From the NCBI GenBank assembly GCA_951406725.2, contig OX597836.1, forward strand, positions 10,230,001-10,294,000: a DNA stretch of 64,000 bases. The letters run 5' to 3'. This document shows, piece after piece, positions 26,480-41,760 of the stretch. The notes under the pieces are model-generated. The model was not told where the DNA came from. It was given only the letters and a program-made list of their open reading frames with translations, and did no database searches. The first letter of the stretch is position 1; every line of letters starts with the position of its first letter. The DNA comes from Octopus vulgaris (Eukaryota). A program made the position numbers and the translations under genes.

Positions 26480-26969
26480 TTATAGTGATGGGTTTATAGT
26501 TTAGGATGTCTGATGCTTAGCACTTTCAGAGAGTCCCTATGTTAGCTACAACGAGGTTTGCGTCACCATAGTTATTTTCTTGGATAAATCACCTCAATTC
26601 CTTTCTTTTCCTATTTTTTTCTTCTCTATTTTTAAATTCCACCACAACCTCTCTCATATTCTGATTAAAATTGCTTTAGTGGATTATAAACGTCTCAGGT
26701 CTGGAGAAAAAAAAAAAAACCCATCCATTTTCCATATTTCAAGTTTTCTAGTGCGTGAGATGAAAACCAGGGACATATTCTATACACGAGTATTGCATCA
26801 TAGAATGATGAGATAAATAAAACATTGGTAAGATCGCTGTTAATGTAATCTCATTTTAGAATACAAACTACATCAACTTAACAGAATACAGACTACATCA
26901 AGCACGTATTACAAAACATCCCCCATTCTTCTTTTTCTTATTTCTTTTCCTCATATATTCACGTACAGT

Positions 26970-27390
26970 TTAGTCGTTCGAGAGCTTCCTTGTAAAGTCA
27001 TTTTCTGGAGACAATATGGTGTATAAAGAATTTAAGCGCTCTTCAGTCATGCTAGACCGAAATTTGTTCTTTATAAAGGATAGCTTTAAGAAATACCTTT
27101 CTGCTTCACAGCGCGTGTTAGGCATTGTCGAGTACAGCTTAAGTGCAGTAGAGATCTTGAAGAACACTTCAGTTAGATGTTGTCGCTCACAAGCAAATTG
27201 AAAGCCTTTTTTTCTGCTCATTCAGAAGGTAGAGGGTATGTTGCCTTTTGTGTTTTGGGATTTCCTGATCTACAAATATTCCCTGAAATGAGCTGATAAC
27301 ACTCCATTTATGTTTATAAATTTGCCGTCTTTGTCATTCGATGCTTGTAAGTTTAATTCTGTCTTCGTTAATTTCGCAATTGTTCACTAA
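26970..27390 (-). pseudogene. hAT transposase C-terminal dimerization domain fragment (ZMYM1-like)
   Basis: ALKLYSTMPNTRCEAERYFLKLSFIKNKFRSSMTEERLNSL..IL matches the hATC motif (P.T.C.AERSFS.L..IKN..RS.M..ERL). Confidence 0.85.
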
Positions 27391-27395
27391 TTCTA

Positions 27396-27688
27396 AGGCG
27401 GCGAGCTGACAGAAACGTTAGCACGCCGGGCGAAATGCTTATCGGTATTTCGTCTGCCGCTACGTTCTGAGTTCAAATTCCGCCGAGGTCGACTTTGCCT
27501 ATGTTCCCCAGCTGGATGGGACGAAAGTCCATCGCAGCGTTAGTCATTTTTGCCAGCTGAGTGGACTGGAGCAACGTGAAATGAAGTGTTTTGCTCAAGA
27601 ACACAACGCGTCACCCTGTCCTTGAATCGAAACCACAATCTTACGATCATGATGCTGACACCCTAACCACTAAGCCATGCGCCTCCAC
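27396..27688. mobile_element. SINE B head (+) fused to SINE D (-)
   Basis: Family B 27396-27500 abuts the reverse-complemented family D body. Confidence 0.8.
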
Positions 27689-27791
27689 ATATTTTTTGGT
27701 ATACTTGCATTTTATTTATAGTTAAAAAATTGTATATACGTACACACATGTACGAGTTCTATTTCTCCTGTTTGTTCAACGAAACACACAT

Positions 27792-27902
<111 letters not shown>

Positions 27903-28350
27903 CACACACACACACACTCACACACATATACTCACACAGACATATGTACGTACGTTCTTATGTATGTATGTAGTTATGTATGTATAATGAAGCAGTTACG
28001 CACCAGTGTGAACAATCCAATGGTTGTAATAAGTCCAATACAATATTATAGGGTATGTTATAAATTTGATTTTAAGATGAAATTACATCGATTACAGTCA
28101 TTAGTTCACCGTTTTATCAGCTTCGAAGTAATCGATAAATAAAATAATTTTATATTTATATGCTGAATAAATAACAAATTAGAAAAAAAAAGCCCAATAA
28201 AAAAGCGGTTAAATATGGGCTTTGACATTCGACTATTTGATGTAGTTAAAACGTTATTGCATTGGATTGTCAATCGTTTGTTCGCTGGTCTTTCAATATG
28301 TAATGTCAAAAATTATGATTATTTTTTTTTTGTTCGCATTAACAAAGAAT

Positions 28351-28693
28351 AGGCGCAGGCGTGGCGGTGTGGTTAAGAAGCTTGCTTCTCAACCACATGG
28401 TTCCGGGTTCAGTCCTATTGCGTGGCACCTTGGGCAAGTGCCTTCTACTGTAGCCTCGGGGCAATCAAAGCTTTGTGAAAGGATTTGGTAGATGGAAACT
28501 GAAAGAAGCTTATCGTTTCGTTTCTCATTGTGTTCCACGTTTTTTTGTATGTCCTGTACCCATATATGCATGTATATATACATATATATGTAAGTATGTA
28601 CATATATGTATGTATGTATGCATATATTTAATTATTATTTATATTATTATATGATCGAACGCCACGCATCCTTTTCTAAGTAAGTTATATACA

Positions 28694-28751
<58 letters not shown>

Positions 28752-28860
28752 CGTGACCGGCCAGGCTATCTGATATTGCTACACATCGCTGGTCACAATG
28801 CGCTTCACATTATTTTAGCCTTCAAATGACCCCACGACGCCACCCCGTGGCTAAGTGAGC

Positions 28861-28891
<31 letters not shown>

Positions 28892-29915
28892 TGTATGTAT
28901 GTATGTGAAGGTGCATGGTTCAGTGGTTAGAGCGTCGAGCTTACGATCATGAGATTGTGAGTTCGATTCCCAGACCGGGCTGCGTGTTGTGTTCTTGAGC
29001 AAGACACTTTATTTCGCGTTGCTCCAGTTCACTCAGCTGTAGAAATGAGTTGCGACATCACAGGTGCCAAGCTGTATCGGCCCCTTTGCCTTTCCCTTGG
29101 ATAACATCAGGGATGTGGAGAGGGTATCCTGGTATGCATGGATGACTGCTGTCCTTCCATAAACAACCTTGCCCGGACTTGTGCCTGGAAGGGTAACTTT
29201 CTCGGTGCAATCCCATGGTCATTCATGACTGAAGGGGGTCTCCTCCTCCTATGTATGTACATATGTGTGTTTGTATGCATGTGTGTGTGTTTGCGTCTGT
29301 ATTTGTTGCCCACCTTGTGGAGGCGCAATGGCCCAGTGGTTAGGGCAGCGGACTCGCTGTCGTAGGATCGCGGTTTCGATTCCCAGACCGGGCGTTGTGA
29401 GTGTTTATTGAGCGAAAACACCTAAAAGCTCCACGAGGCTCCGACAGGGATGGTGGTGATCCCTGCTGTACTCTTTCACCACAACTTTCCCTCACTCTTA
29501 CTTCCTGTTTCTGTTGTACCTGTATTTCAAGGGGCCGGCCTTGTCACTCTCTGTGTCATGCTGAATATCCCCGAGAACTACGTTAAGGGTACACGTGTCT
29601 GTGGAGTGCTCAGCCACTTACACGTTAATTTCACGAGCAGGCTGTTCCGTTGATCGGATCAACCGGAACCCTCGTCGTCGTAACCGACGGAGTGCTTCCT
29701 GTGTTGCCCACCACCGCTTGACAACCGGTGTTGGTGTGTTTGCGTCCCCGTAACTTAAAAGTTCGGCAAAAGACACTGTTAGAATAAATATCAGGCTTAA
29801 GAAAAGAAAATAATTCCCGGGGTCGATTCATTCTACTAAAACTTCTTCAAGGCGGTGCCCCAGTATGGCCGCAGTTTCATGACTGAAAGAAGTAAAATAT
29901 ATAAAAGCTAAAAGA
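28351..29915 (+). mobile_element. SINE family A expanded by nested insertions (head 28351-28510, tail 29702-29915)
   Basis: Contains a SINE D variant at 28906-29240 and SINE C at 29317-29699 with TSD tgttgcccacc. Confidence 0.75.
29317..29699 (+). mobile_element. SINE family C, full length
   Basis: TSD tgttgcccacc at 29304-29314 and 29702-29712. Confidence 0.9.
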
Positions 29916-29934
29916 TTCGCTGGTCAGATATTAT

Positions 29935-30438
<504 letters not shown>

Positions 30439-30886
30439 TATGTGAATAAATATATATTTTTTTTACAAAAAATTTGATTCGTGACGACTCGGCTGACACA
30501 CAGAAACATAAATGTTTCTTAAACACCCAGGAATATATACACTCACGTGGTACACGCGCTTGCGGACACACAGACACACAGAGGCAGAGGCACAAAGAAG
30601 ATGAAACAGCTACCGACACACCCGAACACATACACACGCGCGTGCACGCACACTCTCACTGTACACACACACGCACACACACGCACACACACGTGCATCT
30701 ATAATCTTACATATGCACACATACACACACCGACATACACGTCCCCCCCTTATACACGACCATACTCACACACACACATATACACACACATACGCATACA
30801 CACACGCGAGTGCGCGCATGCACATATAACTCAGACACACCCAGATTTAAACATTCCGACATATTCTGGAACGCACTCAGGTACAT

Positions 30887-30945
<59 letters not shown>

Positions 30946-30999
30946 TACAGTCACACACATAGCTACGTATAGATATATGTACCAACGACTATATCTATC

Positions 31000-31173
31000 T
31001 CAGCACACACATATACACCACATACACACACCACACACACCACATACACACACACCACACACACATACACCACATACACACACCACACATACACACATCA
31101 CATACATACACACACACACACACACCATATACACACATAGATACACACACACACACCACATACACATATACAC

Positions 31174-31204
<31 letters not shown>

Positions 31205-31422
31205 CACATACATGCACACACACACCACATACACACCACACACACACACACACACCACATACATACACACACACCACACACAAACACACTATGTACATAC
31301 ACACACCACACACACCATATTCATACACACACACACACCACACACACATACAACACATACACACCACATACACACACATACACCACATACACACACCACA
31401 CACACACCACACACACACACAC

Positions 31423-31461
<39 letters not shown>

Positions 31462-31780
31462 ACACACATACACCACATACACACACCACACACACACACA
31501 CACCACACACATACACCACACACACACACACACACACATATATACACACACACCACATACATACACACACACACCACACACACATACACCACATACACAC
31601 ACCACACACACACCACACACACACACACACCATATACACACACATACACCACATACACACACCACACACACACACCACATACATACACACACATCATACA
31701 CACACACAAATAGCACATACATACACACACCACACACACACACACACACCACATACATACTCACACACCACACACACATC
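31000..31780. repeat. CA/CAC-rich low-complexity array (acaccacatac variants)
   Basis: Direct inspection. Confidence 0.9.
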
Positions 31781-32744
31781 GACATTCACGTCCACACAGC
31801 CTTACTATCACGTATACGTAATCATAGACAGTTTCACATGCGCACGTACACAAGTTATCTCACACACACACACTTGTACACACACACACAGACACACACA
31901 CACATACACATACACGTATTTGTACATACGCATCGACACAGCACGTCGAGTCTCATTTTCACACATACATAATTACAAACGTGCACACAAGCACCCACAC
32001 ACACACTCACAGACACACACACACACATACACACACACATACACACACATACATGCACATACACACACATACACATACACGTTTATATCCACACAGAGCT
32101 ATGCAGTCCCCCTCCCTCCCTCCCGTTCATCTGAGTTTAAGTTTTCATTTCGTTGGAAGACGCAGATCTGTTAAAAGCCCTCCTCCTCGCCGCCGCCGCC
32201 GTCAGCCTCACCGTCTCCTTCCCCACATCACCCCGTAGGTGATGGGAGAAGAAGGAGGAGTAACGGAAAGAAGGCTTATCCCAAGCGTCAAGTGGGGTCA
32301 GATTGGCGTATACAGCTCCTTAAAGCGGGAGTCGAGAGTGGGTAACGCTGAAAGAGCTACTTCGCAGAAAGGTCCTACTTCAAAGCCTTATCTACGATGG
32401 CGGGCCGACTTTATTTCCTCATTATTTCCAGCTGGCGGAATCGTTAGCACGCCGGACAAAATGCTTAGCGGCATTTCGTCCGTCTCTACGTTCTGAGTTC
32501 GAATCCCCGCCGAGGTCGACTTTTCCTTTCGTCCTTTCGAGATCGATAAATTTAGTCCCAATTGAACATTGGAGGTCGGTGTAATCGACTTATCCTTTCT
32601 CCCAACGTTGCCGGCCCTGTGCCGAAATTTGAAACTATCATTGAAGTCAGAAACCAAACTGTTTTCAACAACGGAAGAAACGAATTGACCCACTGACGAG
32701 TAATTTTTCATTTGTGTGTTCGAATCCTACCAATGTCAGCCTAT

Positions 32745-33220
32745 TTTTACTCTTTTACTGTTTTACTTGTTTCAGTCATTTGACTGCGGCTATGCTGGAG
32801 CACTGCCTTTAATCGAGCAACTCGACCCCGGGACTTGTTCTTTGTAAGACCAGTACTTATTCTATCGGTCTCTTTTGCCAAACCGCTAAGTGACGGGGAC
32901 ATAAACACACCAGCATCGGTTGTCAAGCGATTTTGGATGGGACAAACACAGACACACAAACATACACACACACATACACACATATATATATATATACATA
33001 TACGACGGGCTTCTTTCAGTTTCCGTCTACCAAATCCACTCACAAGGCTTTGGTCGGCCCGAGGCTATTGTAGAAGACACTCGCCCAAGATGCCACGCAG
33101 CGGGACTGAACCCTGAGGCTATAGTAGAAGACACTCGCCCAAGATGCCACGCAGCGGGACTGAACCCTGAACCATGTGGTTGGTAAACAAGCTACTTACC
33201 ACACAGCCACTCCTGCGCCT
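32745..33220 (-). mobile_element. SINE family A with internal 54-bp tandem duplication
   Basis: 33061-33114 repeated at 33115-33168. Confidence 0.9.
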
Positions 33221-33616
33221 ATTAGTGTATTTTAATGGAATTGATTATAAAATTACCTAGGTACCAGTCGAAAATTTCAGGCCTTCTGTCAATAATGTTG
33301 TTTGTTCCTTCTCGAGCCATGCCAGGCTCATAAGGGCCGGTTTCTCGGTTTCATTAGCGTATAGGTTCCTCACCTGGACGGGACACCGGTCCGTCGCACG
33401 ATAAAAACTATCTTTGGGCAACATGGCAAATAAAATCCACTACTTAAAAATAACTGGTTAATTCCCTATTGCAATTTCGACGTTAGGGACCTCTTAAGGG
33501 ACCCAGTCGTCTCGTCAGGGGAAATATTCCTATAGATAGAAATCAAAACAAGACTTTAACTTGGGGCTAGCATGAATCCCGACCTGCAAGAAACATGTTT
33601 CCACCTCTATCGACAC

Positions 33617-33817
33617 CAGTGCTTTTCAAACTTTTTGCGGGAGCGGAACCCCAAGGAAACATTCCACTGGCTCGAGGAACCCCTGTGCAATAATTTAATA
33701 GTCTTATGCACACATATCTGCACAGGAGAATTAAAAATTACTGCCGATTTTAGCAGTTTTGTAACTTCTTGCGGAACCCCTGCACTGTACTGGCGGAACC
33801 CTGGTTGAAAACCACTG
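33617..33817. mobile_element. Non-autonomous hAT (Charlie-like) MITE
   Basis: TIRs cagtgcttttcaa / ttgaaaaccactg; 8-bp TSD atcgacac / atctacac. Confidence 0.85.
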
Positions 33818-34063
33818 ATCTACACATTCAGGTTTTAAATTCTAATGCCGTGCACAGCATTTATGTGAAAAGATCGGTAAGCTCGAGCCACGCAAAATCA
33901 CTGGATATGAGTTTAAATAATTAGATAATTATAAAGTAATGTAATAAAACATTACGGAGGATTCATTATAAATAATTAAGATTCTTTATGAATATATCAA
34001 TGGCCAAACATATTATCATAAAATACATTGAGGAAAAATGTTTATAATTATGAACAAGTCATA

Positions 34064-34300
34064 TAGATTGGCATATTTCGGTCATATTATGCGGAGAAAA
34101 TCCCTGGAGAAGGACATCATGCTCGGAATGGTCAGTGGCAAGAGAGGAAGAGGCCGACCAAGAACCCGCTGGCTTGACACCATCAAGAGGGATACCGGAA
34201 TGGACATAGCCATAGCCAATCTGAAAGAAGCGGCCCAGGATAGAACTGACTGGAGGACACTGATCCAACGAGTGACCGAGAGTCGACTTCGACTGAGCGG
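34064..34300 (+). pseudogene. RTE (BovB-like) LINE 3' end
   Basis: RLAYFGHIMRRKSLEKDIMLGMVSGKRGRGRPRTRWLDTI...DRTDWRTLIQRVTESRLRL is the characteristic RTE ORF C-terminus. Confidence 0.9.
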
Positions 34301-34859
34301 AGAGATAGATAGATATACTTTAAAAAAATCATTTTGCTCATTTCGCTCACTATTAGTCCGTGTCTATGTGAGAAATAAGGTAGTTTTAGAGTCATTTGAC
34401 ATCTTCTTCTAGCATGTGGCACTACCATGTAAATTGTCCTTATTATTATATATGTTATATATTATATGTTTGTTCCTTCTCGAGCGATGCCTGGCTCATA
34501 AGGGCCGGTTTCCTTGGCATATTGGTTCCCCATCAGGACTGGACGCCGGTCCGTCGCAAGATGCAGGAGGAAAGAGTGAGAGAAAGTTGTGGCGAAAGAG
34601 TCAGCAGAAGTTCGCCATTACCTTCCGTCGGAGCCGCGTGGAGCTTAGGTGTTCCGCTCATAAACACACACATCGCCCGGTCTGAGATTCGAACCCGCGA
34701 TCCCTCGACCGCTGCTCTAACCACTAGCCATGTGCCTCCACACTAAATATTATATACTTTGTATTAATTTATACCTAAAAGGTTTTACATGCTAAACTAC
34801 CTGATACGATCCTATATAAATTTTATACTTGATTATAATAATAATAATTATTATTATTA

Positions 34860-35256
34860 TTTCAAATTTTTGCCACAAGGGCAGCTTGGGAGAGGTGGGG
34901 GTGAGTCGATTACAATCGAGCTCAGTGTTCAACTGGTACTTATTTTATTGACCCCGAAGATATGAAAAGCAATATTGACCTCGGCGGAATTTGAACTCAG
35001 AACGTAGCGACGGTCGAAATACCTATTTCTTTATTACCCACAAGGGGCTAAACACAGAGGGGACAAACAAAGACAGACAAACGGATTAAGTCGATTACAT
35101 CGACCCCAGTGCGTAACTGGTACTTAATTTATCGACCACGAAAGGATGACAGGTAAAGTCGACCTCGGCGGAATTTGAACTCAGAACGTAACGGCAGACG
35201 AAATACCGCTAAGCATTTCATCCGGCGTGCTAACGTTTCTGCCAGCTCGCCGCCTT
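34860..35256 (-). mobile_element. Tandem SINE family B copies
   Basis: Family consensus match. Confidence 0.85.
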
Positions 35257-35347
35257 CAATAATAACAATAATAATAATAATAATAATAACAACAACAACA
35301 TTGAAAAATACTTTAGGAATGAGAACCCAGTTTCGAAATTTCCCCAA

Positions 35348-35393
35348 GACACCTGATGAAGGCTGGAGGGTATATCGGCTGAAATGTTGTGTT
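35348..35393 (+). ncRNA. Minimal hammerhead ribozyme, canonical core
   Basis: gacac|CTGATGA|a ggctg-gagggtatat-cggct|GAAA|tg|TT|gtgtt. The stem III cg has probably decayed to tg. Confidence 0.7.
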
Positions 35394-35679
35394 AACAACA
35401 AACAAGATGAGGACAAATATCCGTCGAATGTAAATAATATAAGTAATGTACATAATTCTTCATCTCTTAAATATAGAACTGAATTATATTCAGGTTACAT
35501 TACAGTACACCTAACATCGTCTCGTGGCACACCAGTGTGCCGCGACATACTAGCTGCACAGCACTGTGTTAAGGGACAAGCCTCAAACTTAAATGTTAAA
35601 TATTGATACCATTTTTTATTTCGTTTTTTTTTTTTTGTTTCTGGCTTGTAAGATTCTTGATGTGAATTCGTGTGTTGAA

Positions 35680-36110
35680 ACAAATTTTGTTGTATCTTAG
35701 GAGGATCATTACGCCAATAATGATAATACACACAGGCTGAATTCCACTTCTGTATTCTTAGTCAGTTGGCTAAATATCTAACCAACTAACCGACTAATTG
35801 TCGTGTGATTATTTAGCAAACACATTGAACAAACGATCGATTAGTTAGTAAGTTAGACTAACAAATAAAGAAGTGGGATCGAACCAGTGCGTATGTTATT
35901 ATTGGTGTGATGATTTTTCCAAGTTGATTGGTTAAATATCTAACCAACGAACTAACCGACAGTTTGTTTAGTTTGCTGGTTAAACAATTAGCTCAATTAG
36001 TTGCTTAGATATTTAATCAATTCACTAACAATGAAGAAGTGACATTGAACCTGTGTGCGTGTATTTATCATTATTGGCATAATGACCCACCCAAGACAAC
36101 AAAATATTGA
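35680..36110. mobile_element. Degenerate MITE-like inverted repeat
   Basis: attttgttg..tcattacgccaataatgataa..cacacagg pairs with cctgtgtg..ttatcattattggcataatga..caacaaaat. Confidence 0.55.
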
Positions 36111-36366
36111 TCCTACTGATGCTGGCATAACGACAGACGTGCTGATGCGGTTTGTTGATTTATCGTTGCCCTATCACCCTTCATCAGCCCCTGTCACACC
36201 TTGACATACCTCTTCAACTGCTCCTCCCCCCATGTACATCGTCCCCTGTGATGAGAAGTTGTGGTGGTGGTGGTGGTGGTAGGGAATGTGTATGGGGGCT
36301 ATAAGTGTGGCGGCTGTGACCAGCGCTTATCAACAAACAACCTCTTCAATTAATGGATATATATAC

Positions 36367-36414
<48 letters not shown>

Positions 36415-36533
36415 TGCAGGAAGCTACTTGACACGTTTTTCAACCCCTAACAACTACGAGTGAAAGAGAGTGGCCCTTAAAAGCTATCAGAGCCCCCGAT
36501 GACATTCCTTTTCTGGAAGGCTTCTCTTTCTCC

Positions 36534-36582
<49 letters not shown>

Positions 36583-36588
36583 GTCTGC

Positions 36589-36667
<79 letters not shown>

Positions 36668-36989
36668 CCTATCTTTCTCTCTCACCATCCACCTGTCTTC
36701 TTCCTTTCATTCTGTCCTTCCTTCCTTCCTTCCTTCCTTCCTTCTTTCCCTTACATTCGATTCCTGGAATAATTTACGACCACCATACATTCTGAAGCAA
36801 CTTGGAAAGGATTGCATGAACCCCATTTACATACGAACTCCCACCATCACTCCCTGTATACAAACATACAGACACCCACACATCCACACACCAATGCATA
36901 TATGTATGTACGTGTGTGCGAGTATATATATATATATATATATATATTATTGAAGTAGATAACTGAATTATCTTATTACGGATTATTCT

Positions 36990-37034
36990 GTCAGTGAACA
37001 GGTCGCGGTCTTAAAGCGACGAAAATATTTTGAC
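36990..37034 (+). ncRNA. Minimal hammerhead ribozyme, G3-C8 core variant
   Basis: gtca|GTGAACA|g gtcgc-ggtcttaaa-gcgac|GAAA|atat|TT|tgac: perfect stems I and II, palindromic stem III. Confidence 0.75.
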
Positions 37035-37118
37035 TAATTAAACTTAAATGTTGAAGTGAATCGAACGGCTTTTGTGTGTTTCTTAAATGGCTTATAAACA
37101 CCTTCCACGCTGCAATTG

Positions 37119-37188
<70 letters not shown>

Positions 37189-37249
37189 GCATGTATGTAT
37201 AACTGGATGAAAGTATATATGAATGGCGGTGTATATGTCGGTATGTATG

Positions 37250-38758
37250 AATGAACATGTATAACGTATGTTTACATAAATACTACATGCATACATATAT
37301 ATATGCATACTTACATGCGTACGTGCATACGCCCATACATGCGTTCATTCATACATACGTGCATACATACATGCATGCATACGTACATACACACATCTAT
37401 ACTTACACATTTACATACATAATTTACATTTACATACATACATGCATTCACTCATATATACATATATACATATATACATACATACATTACATACATACAT
37501 GCATACATACAGACATAGCATATATACATATATGCGTGCATGCATTCGTACATACATACATTCATACTTACATATTTACATACAGAAATAAACACATACA
37601 TGCATTCATTCATACACACATACATACATGCATTCATTCATATATACATACATATATACACACATACATACACGCATACATACATACATGCATACATACA
37701 TACATATATATATATATGCATAAATACATATATACATACATATATACACACATACATTCATACACGCATACATACATACAAGTATACATACATACGTATA
37801 TATGTATATGCATAAATACATATATACATACATATATACACACATACATACATACATGCATACATATATAACATACACATACATACATTCATTCATATAT
37901 ACATACATATATACACACATACATACATACACGCATACATACATATATATATATATGCATAAATACACATATACATACATATATACACACATACATACAT
38001 ACATACATACATACATACATACATACATGCATACATATATAACTTATACATACATGCATTCATTCATATATACATACATATATACACACATACATACATA
38101 CACACATACATACACGCATGCATACATGCATGCATGCGTATATCCATATACATATATATATACATGCATATATGCATGTCTGTGCATGAATGTGCGTATG
38201 TATGAGTGCCCCCCCCCCCCCCCGCTTGTCTCTGTCTCACTTTGTAACTACCCCACCCTCTCCGCCCCAATGCTATACCATCTCACAACAACCACAACAA
38301 GCCATACAACAAACAACAAGAACCACAACAACCATACAAACAAACAAACAAACAAACACTACACACTGTACAAACACAGCAAGTGATTCCACCGATGTAT
38401 GTTTATATATGTGTATAGGGTAAGTTAATATATGTATGGAAAAGAGGGGGGGGAGCTGTCGAATCCCAACCCCGCGACCACCACGCCGAAATCTCTCTCT
38501 TCGTCTCTTACATATCACCTCTTACCGCCACCCACTGCCTTCTTCCACCATACCCCCTCCTCTCTCTCTCTCTCTCTCTGTGTGTCTGTCTCCCTGTTTC
38601 TCTCTCTCTCTCGTTCGTCCCACCACGTCCCCTTCTGACAAATAAGGCAGCGGCCCCTTCTTGTAAGTCTGTCTGTCTGTCTCCTGAGCCAGCGGTGAGG
38701 AAGGCGATGCTATAGAATAACAGATTGTTTAAAATAGATTTAAAGAGGAAGAAATAAC

Positions 38759-38825
<67 letters not shown>

Positions 38826-39007
38826 CACACGCACACATACACGCACAGATATACACATACACGCACACACACACACACACACGCACACACACACGTACAC
38901 ACACACGCACAGATATACACACACACGCACAGACACACACACACACATACACACACACACGTACACATACACGCACAGATATACACATACACGCACAGAC
39001 ACACACA

Positions 39008-39068
<61 letters not shown>

Positions 39069-39691
39069 GCACACACACGCACACACACACAGATATACAC
39101 ATACACGCACAGATATACACATACACGCACAGACACACACACACATACACGCACACTCACATCCACACACACACACGCACACACACACATCCACAAACGG
39201 AGTAAATGCTTTTGTGTCTGTATGTGTGTGTGTGTGTGTAGGTGTGTGTGTGTGTGTGTGTAGGTGTGTGTGTGTGTGTGAAAGGAAAGAATGAATGACT
39301 GAATGAAACAAATAAGAAAAAACAAATATTCTAAATAAAAAATTACAAATAAAATAAGTTGATCAGAATTATATAGTTCTGGACACGCACGTACACACAC
39401 ATACATGCATACATACATACACACTTGTATACATAGACACATATACATACATACATACATACATACACACATATATACATACATACATACATACATACAT
39501 ACATACATACATACATACATACACACATACATACATACATACATACATACATACATACATACATACATACATACATACATACATACATACATAGACACTT
39601 ACATTCATACATATACATACACAAACACATGTATTCATATACATGAATACACACAAATATTTATCTATCTATCTATCTATCTGTCTGTCCT

Positions 39692-39725
<34 letters not shown>

Positions 39726-39800
39726 ACTATTTTTGTGTGTGTGTGTGTGTATTTGTCTTTTTGTATTTATGCATGTTTTCACTTACACACACACACACAC
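37250..39800. repeat. Large (CATA)n/(CA)n low-complexity block with a short unique island at ~38430-38755
   Basis: Direct inspection. Confidence 0.85.
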
Positions 39801-39926
39801 ACACACAAGGCGAGATCGACCTTGCCTTCCACCGTTTTGGGGATCGATCAAATAAGTACTGGAGGTCGATGTAAATCTACTAGTCGTGTGCTTCAAAGTT
39901 TCAGGACTTGCACTGTTAGTACGAAG

Positions 39927-40014
<88 letters not shown>

Positions 40015-40399
40015 AATGGAACAAAAACGCCAAAGAGGGCATTAAAACATTCAGACAGATAGACAATACAAAGGCGGACAAGAGAAGCAACAATTAGAAG
40101 GACAGGTAAAAAAAAATAAATAAAATAAAAGAAGGGTCATTCGTGGCTCTCTTTCCTCAGTCAAGTTCCAGAAGTCACGACTATTTCGGGCAGTTACACT
40201 TGAGATGGTTCAAACTGGTTGCCCCCGTTTAGGAGTGGCTGTGTGGTAAGTATCTTGCTTACCAACCACATGATTCCAGGTTCAGTCCCACTGCACGGCA
40301 CTTTCGGCAAGTATTTTCTACTAGAGCTTCAAACCAACCAAAGCCGTATGAGTTGATTTGGTAAATGGAAACTGGAAGAAGCCCATCGTGTATATATAG

Positions 40400-41085
40400 A
40401 GGCACAGATGTGAATGTCTAGTAAGAAGTTTGATTCCCAACCACGTAGTTCTGGGTTCGGTTCCACTGCGTGGTACCTTGGACAAGTGCCTTCTACTATA
40501 GCCTCGGGTTAGCTATCTGTCTGTCTGTATGTATGTATCTATGTAAATATACATGTGAGAGGATTTGGTAGACGGAAACTGAAAGAAGCCCGTCATGTGT
40601 ATATGTATATATATATATATAATCAAAATAAGCAACAAGAATGACTCCGGTAATTTGGTACGATCGTTTCGTACTACATCATTTTATTAAATGTTGTAAG
40701 TATTACAACAGATTTAAAATGCCGAGTACTCATCAGCCAATTATAGAGGTTTTCCATTAATACAAAAATTTTCATATCAAGTGGCAACATTATAGAGAAG
40801 GTAGATACATAGACAAAGATGTGGATTTAAATTTTAAGAACATTTGAGGTAGTGGAGCTCATCAACTGACTGATTAAGATTCAATTATATATATATGTGT
40901 GCGTGTGTGTGTTTGTGTGTCTGTGTTTGTCCCCCACCATCGCTTGACAGCCGATGCTGGTGTGTTTACGTTCCCACCACTTAGGGTTTCGGCAAAAGAC
41001 ACCGATAAAATAAATACTAGACCTACAAAGAATAAGTCCAGGCGGTGCTCCAGCATGGCCGCGGTCAAGTATAAGAATAAAAGAA
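40400..41085 (+). mobile_element. SINE family A split by a PLE terminal-repeat insertion (40620-40885)
   Basis: Head runs to 40595 and the tail resumes at ~40895. Confidence 0.75.
40655..40740 (-). ncRNA. Hammerhead ribozyme, canonical core, long stem II
   Basis: ttgg|CTGATGA|gtact...catttta..tgttgtaa-tac-ttacaaca..taaaatg..agtac|GAAA|cgatcg|TA|ccaa. Confidence 0.85.
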
Positions 41086-41697
41086 TGCCTACAATATCTA
41101 TACTGCTACACATATATACATATATACACAACATACATACATCAATATATTTATATTTTATAAGGCGGCGATCTGGCAGAGTCGTTAGCATGCCTAACGG
41201 CATCTCGTCCGTCTCTTTACATTCTGAGTTCAAATCCCGCTGAGGTCGACTTTGCCTTTTAATATAATCAAACATCTATATACAACATACGGACGCATCA
41301 AGGAAGGAGCCCCTAAGTATTCGCTCAACCAGTTGGAAATAGCGTGCAAACCTCCCTGACGCCCATGTTACACTGCTTCAAAAAGAGAAGGGCACGTGCT
41401 AAATAATGCCCCCAGACCCTACTGCCTCATCCCCACCCTCCAAAGAAAAGAATGGTCACCCTTGGAATGACATTCATCATACTGTTGCTCCATAAGGGTC
41501 GACCAGGGACTAAACAAAACAAGATACATATAATAATAGTATTTCACACACACACACACTCGCATGCACACACATACACGCACACACGACCCGCACGCAC
41601 ATATATATATATGAATGTGTTTGTCTGTGTATCTATCTTATGGGTCTCCAAAGTGGTCGATATCGACTCTTCGAGGGATCGATAAATGCACATCTAC

Positions 41698-41760
<63 letters not shown>

